From Nemertoderma westbladi (lineage: Eukaryota; Animalia; Xenacoelomorpha): DNA of 64,000 nt. Of this stretch, positions 27,401 to 39,100 are shown piece after piece. How positions within the stretch are numbered: position 1 is the first letter of the stretch; every line of letters starts with the position of its first letter. Location of the stretch: assembly GCA_032718475.1 (NCBI GenBank), contig JAUCBJ010009057.1, forward strand, positions 86,436 to 150,435. Reading direction: 5' to 3'. A program made the translations under genes and the position numbers. The notes below the pieces were generated by a model. The model had not been told where the DNA came from, ran no database searches, and worked only from the letters and a program-made list of their open reading frames with translations.

Positions 27401-30400
27401 ATGTAAGTACCGCAAGTATTGGTGTATCATGTAAGTACCGCAAGTATTGGTGTACCATGTAAGTACCGCAAGTGAGTACATCAAGTATTGGTGTACCATG
27501 TAAGTACCGCAAGTATTGGTGTATCATGTAAGTACCGCAAGTATTGGTGTATCATTTAAGTACCGCAAGTGAGTACATCAAGTATTGGTGTACCATGTAA
27601 GTACCGCAAGTATTGGTGTACCATGTAAGTACCGCAACTATTGGTGTATCATGTAAGTACCGCAAGTATTGGTGTACCATGTAAGTACCGCAAGTGAGTA
27701 CATCAAGTATTGGTGTACCATGTAAGTACCGCAAGTATTGGTGTATCATGTAAGTACCGCAAGTATTGGTGTATCATGTAAGTACCGCAAGTATTGGTGT
27801 ATCATGTAAGTACCGCAAGTATTGGTGTACCATGTAAGTACCGCAAGTGAGTACATCAAGTATTGGTGTACCATGTAAGTACCGCAAGTATTGGTGTATC
27901 ATGTAAGTACCGCAAGTATTGGTGTATCATGTAAGTACCGCAAGTATTGGTGTATCATGTAAGTACCGCAAGTATTGGTGTATCATGTAAGTACCGCAAG
28001 TATTGGTGTACCATGTAAGTACCTCAAGTATTGGTTTATCATGTAAGTACCGCAAGTATTGGTGTATCATGTAAGTACCGCAAGTATTGGTGTACCATGT
28101 AAGTACCGCAAGTATTGGTGTATCATGTAAGTACCGCAAGTATTGGTGTATCATGTAAGTACCGCAAGTATTGGTGTATCATGTAAGTACCGCAAGTATT
28201 GGTGTACCATGTAAGTACCGCAAGTGAGTACATCAAGTATTGGTGTACCATGTAAGTACCGCAAGTATTGGTGTATCATGTAAGTACCGCAAGTATTGGT
28301 GTATCATGTAAGTACCGCAAGTATTGGTGTATCATGTAAGTACCGCAAGTATTGGTGTATCATGTAAGTACCGCAAGTATTGGTGTACCATGTAAGTACC
28401 TCAAGTATTGGTTTATCATGTAAGTACCGCAAGTATTGGTGTATCATGTAAGTACCGCAAGTATTGGTGTACCATGTAAGTACCTCAAGTATTGGTGTAT
28501 CATGTAAGTACCGCAAGTATTGGTGTATCATGTAAGTACCGCAAGTATTGGTGTATCATGTAAGTACCGCAAGTGAGTACATCAAGTATTGGTGTACCAT
28601 GTAAGTACCGCAAGTATTGGTGTACCATGTAAGTACCGCAAGTGAGTACATCAAGTATTGGTGTACCATGTAAGTATCGCAAGTATTGGTGTATCATGTA
28701 AGTACCGCAAGTATTGGTGTATCATGTAAGTACCGCAAGTGAGTACATCAAGTATTGGTGTACCATGTAAGTACCGCAAGTATTGGTGTATCATGTAAGT
28801 ACCGCAAGTATTGGTGTACCATGTAAGTACCGCAAGTGAGTACATCAAGTATTGGTGTACCATGTAAGTACCGCAAGTATTGGTGTATCATGTAAGTACC
28901 GCAAGTATTGGTGTATCATGTAAGTACCGCAAGTGAGTACATCAAGTATTGGTGTACCATGTAAGTACCGCAAGTATTGGTGTACCATGTAAGTACCGCA
29001 ACTATTGGTGTATCATGTAAGTACCGCAAGTATTGGTGTACCATGTAAGTACCGCAAGTATTGGTGTATCATTTAAGTACCGCAAGTATTGGTGTACCAT
29101 GTAAGTACCGCAAGTGAGTACATCAAGTATTGGTGTACCATGTAAGTACCGCAAGTATTGGTGTATCATGTATGTACGGCAAGTATTGGTGTACCATGTA
29201 AGTACCGCAAGTATTGGTGTATCATGTAAGTACCGCAAGTATTGGTGTACCATGTAAGTACCGCAAGTGAGTACATCAAGTATTGGTGTACCATGTAAGT
29301 ACCGCAAGTATTGGTGTATCATGTAAGTACCGCAAGTATTGGTGTATCATTTAAGTACCGCAAGTGAGTACATCAAGTATTGGTGTACCATGTAAGTACC
29401 GCAAGTATTGGTGTACCATGTAAGTACCGCAACTATTGGTGTATCATGTAAGTACCGCAAGTATTGGTGTACCATGTAAGTACCGCAAGTGAGTACATCA
29501 AGTATTGGTGTACCATGTAAGTACCGCAAGTATTGGTGTATCATGTAAGTACCGCAAGTATTGGTGTATCATGTAAGTACCGCAAGTATTGGTGTATCAT
29601 GTAAGTACCGCAAGTATTGGTCTACCATGTAAGTACCGCAAGTGAGTACATCAAGTATTGGTGTACCATGTAAGTACCGCAAGTATTGGTGTATCATGTA
29701 AGTACCGCAAGTATTGGTGTATCATGTAAGTACCGCAAGTATTGGTGTATCATGTAAGTACCGCAAGTATTGGTGTATCATGTAAGTACCGCAAGTATTG
29801 GTGTACCATGTAAGTACCTCAAGTATTGGTTTATCATGTAAGTACCGCAAGTATTGGTGTATCATGTAAGTACCGCAAGTATTGGTGTACCATGTAAGTA
29901 CCGCAAGTATTGGTGTATCATGTAAGTACCGCAAGTATTGGTGTATCATGTAAGTACCGCAAGTATTGGTGTATCATGTAAGTACCGCAAGTATTGGTGT
30001 ACCATGTAAGTACCGCAAGTGAGTACATCAAGTATTGGTGTACCATGTAAGTACCGCAAGTATTGGTGTATCATGTAAGTACCGCAAGTATTGGTGTACC
30101 ATGTAAGTACCGCAAGTATTGGTGTATCATGTAAGTACCGCAAGTATTGGTGTATCATGTAAGTACCGCAAGTATTGGTGTATCATGTAAGTACCGCAAG
30201 TATTGGTGTATCATGTAAGTACCGCAAGTATTGGTGTACCATGTAAGTACCTCAAGTATTGGTTTATCATGTAAGTACCGCAAGTATTGGTGTATCATGT
30301 AAGTACCGCAAGTATTGGTGTACCATGTAAGTACCGCAAGTATTGGTGTATCATGTAAGTACCGCAAGTATTGGTGTATCATGTAAGTACCGCAAGTATT

Positions 30401-30594
30401 GGTGTATCATGTAAGTACCGCAAGTATTGGTGTACCATGTAAGTACCGCAAGTGAGTACATCAAGTATTGGTGTACCATGTAAGTACCGCAAGTATTGGT
30501 GTATCATGTAAGTACCGCAAGTATTGGTGTACCATGTAAGTACCGCAAGTATTGGTGTATCATGTAAGTACCGCAAGTATTGGTGTATCATGTA
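3412..30594. repeat. 28-bp tandem satellite, consensus GTAAGTACCGCAAGTATTGGTGTAYCAT, with 41-bp variants (+GAGTACATCAAGT) and multi-kb higher-order duplications
   Basis: Directly visible tandem array of about 27 kb (roughly 900+ units), no unique spacers. Confidence 0.98.
10083..10182. other. Assembly gap (100 N) inside the satellite
   Basis: Run of N; true array length unknown. Confidence 0.99.
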
Positions 30595-31794
30595 TGTTCT
30601 CGCTTTTAAGACCTTTGGCAGTTTAACCCGCCAAATCTATATGTCTTCTAGGTTATAAATCGACTTTAGCCTATGACAAGTATTTGACACAAATAAATCC
30701 AACATTAGCCGAAGCCAGTCTATGCGCGACCATTCACCCGCTGGATATACCCGGGAGACTGGATTCGGATGCTTTAATTTGATTGCGGTGCAGGTCTACC
30801 GTACTATTCGATTGATCGTTAATATATAATCTCTGACAAATATTATTCACTTTCGGGAAATATTAGCAGTTCCTTTAGGACGTGGCGCTCTATCTATATA
30901 AACAGAGCTATGGCTTACACTAAACACAACGAATGGATTATAAGTTACACATAAGGCGCATTCTTTAGGAGATGCTTTGTTACGCGGACAAGCACATACA
31001 GACTATTGCACACCGCTGCACACTGAATTGCCGATAGTCACTGATTTTAATCATATATAAAGAGAATAGCAACCGGCATTTGTAGAGCCTATAAAATAGC
31101 ATTCAATTCACTACACACTACAAACCACGATAATATAAGCCGCAATTGCTATATGTTGCCGGTCTCTCTAACCTTAGTGTATCAAGAAGATCGGGGTTTC
31201 TGATCGTTTATAGTTATTCTCCAAATAACAATATGCAAACGAATGATACATTTAATAACAAACAGCAAATAGCAGTAAATAATGTGCAATACAGCAGCAG
31301 GTACCGTACCGGTCCTCACGCTGTCCAGTGCTGGTCATGTACCGGTAACAGTTATGTGATCTTATAATTAAAGACGTTCTAATGTTGGAATAATTCAGAA
31401 TAATTCCATGGCCGATGTTCATGGCATCAGGAAAACCAACACACTGAACCCTGTGAGCTGCTGCAGGTAGATTTCAACACAGAAAGGAAAAGCTCTCATT
31501 GGCAGAGTTCCATATTCCACAGGTTCCAAATCGTCTAAAATGCCAAACCACCCTAGCCTTTGCAGCCAATTACATTGATTTAGCCAACATAAGGCTGAAT
31601 CGCTCTGCTTGGTTGACCTTGCTCTGGTTGGTTGATCGAACCCAACAAAGAGGCCGTCGCTAGGCAAATCAGCCAATCAGCCGGTAGCTTTCATCCTTTG
31701 AGTTAGGGAGTTTTTCTTTAGAGTATTTGAGCGCATTAAGGGAAACTGGATGGCGAAGCAAAAGGGCCAGTTATATCCCGCAAAAGCTTTTACA
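30595..31794 (-). repeat. 3' LTR of A2 (1200 bp)
   Basis: Near-identical to 55056-56255 (about 5 substitutions noticed); PPT adjacent at 31795-31804. Confidence 0.95.
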
Positions 31795-31873
31795 CCGCTC
31801 CCAGAAAATGGGATTTAATACTATAAAATATAAAAAATCACAGTTTCTAAAATATAAAAATACTCTAAACAGT

Positions 31874-32217
31874 TAGTCTGTCTTGCATGGACGGCGTTTA
31901 TGCAGTTTTTTAAAGCTAGCAAGAGTCCTTTTCTCTTTGGGGGGAGCCACTTTACTAGGAGGGCCATAACTCCTGGGTGCAATGTGATTGCATCATAAGG
32001 TGTAGGATTATGGTCGGGGTATCCGCCGTTTCGATATGCTTCTCCTCGAGCTGATTTTCCTCCGCTCATCGTTGGATACGTTCGTCCAAACTCTCGCCGA
32101 GAATAGGGTCATCCAAGCTCAATATCGTCTTAGAGATTCGGGATTTCCCAATCGAACTGGGATAAAGCCAATCTGTTTACCGCTTGGACTTGCCGTTATA
32201 ATTTAAGTTTATCTGAA
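31874..32217 (-). pseudogene. 3' remnant of A2 ORF3, distal to the B insertion
   Basis: 31874-32030 matches the last ~55 codons of A1 ORF3 (GYPDHNP..DAITLHP / PPSKVAPPKEKRTLAS.KKL), with a frameshift. Confidence 0.7.
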
Positions 32218-32759
32218 TGTTAGCTTATTCAATCCCGCCAACACCCCATAAAGTTATAAGCCGATAAGCAATATTGGGAGCCACGAGGTTGGGCAATTAA
32301 CCAACTCGTGCCATCCCAATAAGAGTGGGAAGGAAGCACACAATAGAGGGTCAGGGGCCAAACCCCTAACCCAGAGAGAACAGGTGGAGTGAACGGGAAT
32401 ACTCCACGGGGCGCCAACAAGGGTATTAACCAATCAGAGGGGGGGAATGGCATCGATTGAGTAGCAGTAAGGCCACCGTGCAATATAACCAATAACCTAT
32501 TAATCAGTGATTCAGTTATCTCAGTGCAGCAGTGCTAGCGTAGGGTACAGTCAATTAGTTTAGTTAGGGGATCACGGGACTTTAGTTACCGTATCCCGCC
32601 TTGTACACAATATACCTATATCTATATCCTATGCCCTGTTATTATTATACACCGAACTTCAGAACTCAGTTACCTTTATTTCACCCTTATACACGGCGGG
32701 GACGCGTGGACTAAATTACCACATCGGATAAATCGGGATCCCTCCTGGATCCCGTCACA
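32218..32759 (+). repeat. 5' LTR of B (542 bp)
   Basis: Direct repeat of 45122-45663; one substitution noticed (GAACGGG vs GAATGGG). Confidence 0.97.
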
Positions 32760-32768
32760 GTAACTAAA
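32760..32768 (+). promoter_or_regulatory. Non-canonical primer-binding position of B (GTAACTAAA)
   Basis: Immediately 3' of the LTR; no TGG; reverse complement TTTAGTTAC at 32581-32589 inside the LTR. Confidence 0.55.
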
Positions 32769-32839
32769 TCCGAGCTGCCGCCCCAGTTAAACTCTGAGAA
32801 CTATACTGCTAGCTAGTCGAACTCCACCGAGCAGACGAG

Positions 32840-35800
32840 ATGAGTGAATCGGGCGAGACACCGCCGCGGACCCCGGACGAAGATCAAACGATCCGCGAGG
32901 CCGCGACCAAGCGATACAGGCCCACGACGCCGGAGCCATCGATAACGGGCGAACCGGAAGTTGAGGATGAGGGGGGCCTGGAACCCGAAGTTGAGCTAAG
33001 AGAGAAAGAGAGCGAGATGGAGGGAGAAGGAGATGAGTCGACACGGGACGGAGAACGGCGCGCCGATGTCGCCGGCCAGCTACCGGCCGAGGGCGACGAG
33101 CGGCCCACCGAAACGGTGGGGCCGACGGTGCGACGCCGGACGCGAAGAGACGGAGGAGAGATTGGTACCGATGTCGCCGGCCAGCTACAGGCCGAGGGCG
33201 ACGGACGGCCCACCGGAACGGCGACGGTGGAGCCGCCGGTACGACGACGAACCCGGAGGAACGGAGGAGAGGTCGGCGACGAGGACGTCGGGGTTTCAGA
33301 GCGACTTCGACGGGCCTACAACGCGACCCGAAAGCTGATGAAGGACACCAAGAAGGAAGGGGCGAAGGTAGACGAGGTGAGACTGAGAAAGCGACTAGGT
33401 GAGTCGGATAGACACTTAAATTACCTAATACGTTTTGGGCAGAGAGAACTAGCCGAGGAGAGGGCACAGGGAATTGCAGGCGAACTGTTTGAACTATGGG
33501 AGTGTGGGAGTATGGAACCTAGCGTAGCGCCAGTGTACATAGGGCCATACTTGGTCGATGCCCGGGGAGTGAAACCAGTGGGTTGGAGGGGACCTGAGGG
33601 GGGCGAATCCGAGGTTAACCCCGAGGATTCGGCCTCGTCGGTCGGAGAAAGCTCCGGGAAACGGGAGAAAGTTAGTAGGTCGGGAAGGCGGGGGAAGTCC
33701 GTCGTAACCGATAAGTCTGTTACATCCTCCGCGAAAGGAAGAGCGGTGAGAGAGATAGGTGCCGAATATCGTTTCAGCATGGCAGCGAAAGATCATAGAG
33801 AAATGAAGGAACGGCTAGAGGAAGGGAGACTGCGGTTAGAGAGGGAAACGGCATTGCTTAAAGAAACAGGAGAGAGGGCCGAAAGGGCTTTGAAAAGCCT
33901 AAGGGAGTATGATGAGATAGAGGAAAGGGAGTGTAGGGAGCGTGAGGCGAGAGGGGAAAAAGAACGCAAGGAGCGTGAGGCGGAACGCAAGGAGCGTGAG
34001 GCGAGAGGGGAAAAGGAACGCAAGGAGCGTGAGGCGGAACGCAAGGAGCGTGAGGCGAGAGAGGAAAGGGAACGGAAGGAGCGTGAGGCAAGGGAGGAAA
34101 GGGAACGCAAGGAGCGTGAGGCGGAACGCAAGGAGCGTGAGGCGAGAGAGGAAAAGGAACGCAAGGAGCGCGAAGTGAGACGAAGGGAGAGTATTAAGAG
34201 TGCTGCAGAGTCGGCCATTAGGGACACCCAGGAGCGTAAGAGGAGAGTGGCAGAGACTGAGGGAGAAAACAAGAAAATAGAGAGACTACAGAGTGAGTCT
34301 GCGGGAGATGAGATTAAACGGGCGCACGAGTTGCAACTCGTGCGAAAAGCGCCGTCTGAAAGCGGGACCGGCTCGAGTATTTTTAGGGAGCCGGAGGCCG
34401 TAGAAACATTTATTAATACCCCACTGACAGGGACCGCACGACAGACTCAAGACTGGTGCGACCGTACGAGCGGGGGGGGGGGGTAATAATAATATTGGTA
34501 CAGTAGACGTTGTTAATATTGATAATACCGTATGGGACAACACTAATCAAACCTTTATTACAGGTAATGCTTTACATAGTGGTAGTAATTTAAATTTAAA
34601 TCAGAACGCCCCTAGTATTAATGTAGGAAATAACTCTAATATTAATGTAGCTACGCAAAATAATTCAAATAATCAAAATAATAACCCAGATTCGAATCTA
34701 CAAAATAATTTAAATAACGCAATTACGCAAAACAATTTGAATAATTTAAATAATGACCTATGCCCGAATTTACAAAATAATTCAGATAACGTAGTCGTAC
34801 AGAATAATACAAATAACTTTGTTCCAAACGAACAAAATAATTCCGTTTCCAATATGGGTGCTATTAATGTAAACACGTCGGGCCTACATAACCAGGCCGA
34901 AGAGGGCCTGGTAGGTCACATAGTCGATAGCCAGACGGATGAGGGCCTGGTAGGCCACGTAGTTAGTAGACAGGGAATAGAGGGCCTGGTAGGCCACGTA
35001 GTTAGTAGACAGGGAGCAGAGGGCCTGGTAGGCCACGTAGTTGGTAGGCAGGGAGTAGAGGGCCTGGTAGGCCACGCAATAGCAGAGGGAGAGGCGGGGG
35101 TGAATGGACCCGACCGCAGTAGGGTTGATGTGTCGACTAGAGAGGTATATAATAGCGGGGAGAGAGGTAGCGAAGTTAGATGTAGCGAGTGGGGGGGGGG
35201 GGGGCTACGAGGACCCCACAACAGAGAGTTAGCGGCGAGAGGGGGGGGGGGGGCAGGGAGTGTCCCACAGCCGTCAGCGGATAATGCGAGGGCCGAGATA
35301 GGTAAACCGCAACGACCGGCGACGGAAAGTAATAGGGGGATCGCGAGTATCCCCAGCGACGTGCGACCGAGCAGAGAGAGACAGGTTGACGTCGCGAGAG
35401 GGCAGACGGAGCGTCGAGCCCGATCAGAGGAGGGAAGAAGAACAGTGGGGTTTAACCGGGAGGTCGACGAGAGATCTCGCGAGCGGGAATATTCCACTGA
35501 TAGGAGAAGAAAGGAAGACAGTAGTAGAAGTATCGCCGCAAACGATGGAAGAGCGAGGACGGACAGCGAGCCGTCGGTAGTCGAGATGAGAACGGAGAGT
35601 CAGTGGGGTCGGACTCCGGGAGATTGCCGTCGCCCCGGAGGGATGCAACCCGGTGAGATGCATTACACGACGAGAGAGGGGTACATGATGTACCGGTACG
35701 AAGATGAGAACAGTAGAGGGGGGGGGTCGAAGAGAAACTTTCCGACGGGATATACTTACCGAACGAGAATACGGTAGCCACGGGGAGGATTATTCGAGAA

Positions 35801-36130
35801 GAATAAACTTCGATCCCGAGCAACACATGCAGACTGTAGGGCATACTGTAGGCCTTACTGCACATACCGTAGGCCATACTGAGAGAGGCAATGTAGGCGA
35901 TAGGATAGCGCGGACGACGGAATTAAACCCCGAAGTCGCGGAGTACATACCGGCGGGTAGGCCAGAAGCTGATAGGCCTATACCGGTACCAGCACAGCAG
36001 TATGACTACAGCATGCGAGGACATAACATATACCCAGGGGAGGGGGGAATTATTGCGGATAGGTGCATGGGCCCCAACATATTAACATCAACCCCATTCC
36101 CAAACATACCGGTGGGGGGGGGGGACAGGG
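32840..36130 (+). CDS. gag: N-terminal low-complexity extension of B Gag, broken by frameshifts at G homopolymers
   Basis: ORFs 32840-34486, 34737-35777, 35704-36174 and 36063 onward hand over near G-runs at about 34472-34483, 35717-35726 and 36114-36124; E/R/K coiled-coil repeat, Asn-rich tract, EGLVGH repeats. Confidence 0.65.
33937..34172 (+). repeat. Coding minisatellite (GAACGCAAGGAGCGTGAGGCG; ERKEREA)
   Basis: Visible tandem 21/33-bp units in the Gag extension. Confidence 0.85.
34902..35076 (+). repeat. Coding 39-bp repeat, five copies of GAGGGCCTGGTAGGYCAC (EGLVGH)
   Basis: Visible in DNA and in ORF 34737-35777. Confidence 0.85.
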
Positions 36131-39100
36131 TGACATTCCCCCATCACAATATCAACAATATACCCCGATGGTAGCAAGAACAACGAGACCCTTGGACGAA
36201 AACAGATCGTGTGACACAGATATATGGAGGGGGCCGCTACCCCCAATGACATACCCAAGCCAGAGAAGGTCAAGAAGTAGGACAGACGGAACGCACCAAA
36301 CAGGGGAAACTATACAGCACCCGTCGAATCCATTGGAAGCGCAGGCGATAGGGATGGCCACGTTGATCGATGCTTTGAAAACGAGGATCGAGTTACCACC
36401 CGTGGAACCATTCAAGTTCGACGGGAGTAGGCCGGAAGAATATTTACAATTTCGGCGAATGTATAGTAACGAAATACTAACAAAAAACTTGACGCAGGCG
36501 GGCCTAAAGTATCTACAAGTGTATACGGGAGGCCCAGCATACGATATCGTGAGGCAATACCAAGGAATAGAGGGCGGCTTCACGACAGCATGGCGGGCAC
36601 TGGATAGGGAATACGGGCACCCGGCCAAGATCATCAGGCAGACCCTGAGAGGCATAACATCGGGTGGCCTACAGGATAACCCCGTTAGCATTAAGACGTT
36701 TGCTAACAAAGTCGAAAAGGCGCTAATCGTACTGAAGACGCTAGACGCGCCGTACGAGCTCAATGCGTCCAACAACATCACCACGATAGCGCAGGCACTA
36801 CCGAACTGGCTGCGCAACAAGTGGAGAAAAATCGCCTTCTCCACTCGAGATAAGAAGGGTGCGGAACCAGGTTTAGAAGAAATGTCAAACTTCTTAAATT
36901 ACGAGGCTGAACTAATAACGGACCCAGTCTATAGTGAAGATAGCCTGGGAAAGGGACCAAAGACAGATCACTACAGGCCGAAACCAGAGCACAATACATC
37001 AAACGCATTGCCGAGGCTCAGGCAATCATTGCCATACGCAGCGACGCAGGGGACTGCAAGTCCACAGGCAAACGAAGATAAGACAACATCATGGAACGGA
37101 CAGGGGAACAATAACAACATGAATAAACATAACCCCAGTACGTCCAGTAGGCCAAATCCAGTCAATAAGAATAGTAGGGACTTTGGTACGAACATAGCTG
37201 CGATACGCAATGCATTGTATAAAGAGGGCTACGACCCAAAGAGCAAATGCCAGTTACACGCAAATGCGCTTCATAAAACCATGAACTGCAGGTACTGGCA
37301 GGCGCTACCAAGGCAAGACCAGATAGATTACGCGTCGAGCAATAAGATATGCTCGCGATGTGTGAAGAGTGGACACAAGGCCAGAGAGTGCCAAGAGAAG
37401 CCTGTCAAGTTTGGCCAAAGGAGAGGCCAAACGATGGCAACGAGCACGGTAGGGGCGAAGAAGAGAGGCACGGTGTTACTTGGAGTAGTACCGGTGCGAG
37501 TGATCGGGGAAGGCAATCGATCAGTAACAACACTAATGCTGGTTGATAGTGGAGCTGCCTTCACATTAGTAGAGGAATGGGTAGCCGAAGAAATAGGATT
37601 GAGAACAAGGCCAAGAAGGATGGCGGTAACAACCATCTCTAGCAAAGATGAGATCCTAGAGATGAGGACAGGACGGTGCGCAATTGCAGCAGTAGCACCA
37701 GGATGCGATTATGGGGCAACCATCGACCCCATCCAAGTAATAGAGTCAATTAACATCAATGCCAGGCGGCCAACCAACATCGAGGTCGAGCAATACAAAT
37801 TCCTGGACAACATTGACTTCTCGATCCCAGACATGGACGTTAGGAAGGTATCCATCATAGTAGGAATGGACTGCCCGACGGCCCACGAAAGAATGCAAAC
37901 GGTCTTCGGCAAAGACAAGCAGAGCGACCCGGTGGCCATATTAACACCATTCGGGTGGACGCTGAGTGGTCCAATAAAGAGTAAGATACCATTTAGGATG
38001 TCGGAGACATCAGGATGCATGTTCGCGGGAACAATGCAGGAAATGGGTGATGAGGGAGCAGAGGAGCAGCTTAAAAGACTGCTCAGACAAGACTTTGAGG
38101 GACTGAAAGAGACCGGGGTCGGGACCTCGGTAGAAGACAAGCAGGCTCTACAAAGCGTGGAGGAATCGATGACGTGTGATGAGGGGCGGTATACAATAGG
38201 AATGGTATGGAAACTACCGAAGATACCGCTACCCGATAATAGGGGGATGGTACTCACGAGACTCCGCAAGCTGAAACAAACACTACAACGGAGCCCCGAG
38301 AAGAACGAGTACATTCACAAAACCATTAAGAAGTACGTCGAGAAAGGATGGGCCGTGGAGTTACCGGTCGACGAGCCGAACACGGACAGGACATACTACC
38401 TGCCACTCCACGTAACATTAGACCCAAAGAAAGGTAAACTTAGGATGGTAGTCGATGCATCGGCAAAGACCGACGGAAAATGCTTAAACGATTACCTGTT
38501 GGAAGGCCCAAATATTTACAATTCGGGCATAGAAGTACTACTTAGATTTAGGAATGGGAAACACGCCTTCACGTGTGACATAGAAGGCATGTTCAACCAG
38601 GTCCGTGTAACGGAAGAAGACAGTGACAGTCAACGCTTCTTATGGTATAACGGCGAAGAAGAACCGCCGATAATACCAGCGTATAAGATGGTAGTACAAA
38701 AAATGGGGGCCAAGTCGTCCTCATTTACGACGACTATGGCAGTGAGAGACACGGTAAAGGGCAAGGAAGATAGATACAGCAGTAGGGCCGTCGATATGAT
38801 CCGACGCGGCTTCTACGTAGACGACGGTATGGAGTCTGGAAATACGGTTGAGGAGATACTGGAAACAGGGCGCGAGGTTCGCGACATCCTGAAAGGATCC
38901 GGCTTCAACCTGACCAAATTCCAATCCAGTTCAGAAGAATTTATCAAGGCAATAGAGGATAAGAAACCAGAATCGACCATGGACAACCCTACAACAGCCA
39001 AAGGACAGGACATGGCGAATAAGAGAACACAATCGCAGCAAAAGGCATTGGGAATCGTGTGGGATAGAGGAACAGACGAACTGAAGTACCAGCTGAGCCA

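Noticed and set aside
3483-30591. Dozens of 65-144 aa ORFs (MIHQYLRYLH...)
   Set aside because: Translations of the 28-bp repeat; no evidence of coding function
3412-30594. 28-bp repeat as a CRISPR array
   Set aside because: Units are head-to-tail with no unique spacers, no cas genes, and the context is eukaryotic retroelements
3412-30594. TTGGTGTAC resembles the core of budding-yeast (Candida/Kluyveromyces) telomeric repeats
   Set aside because: Short match only; the array is interstitial with higher-order duplications, and BEL/Pao elements point to a metazoan host
2231-31794. Inverted ~750-bp homology flanking the satellite, read as terminal inverted repeats of one giant element
   Set aside because: Explained by the 3' LTRs of two independent, oppositely oriented copies; A2 has its own LTR pair and TSD
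31146-32492. Short ORFs repeated at 55607, 55880 and 45133
   Set aside because: They lie in LTRs and recur only because the LTRs are duplicated
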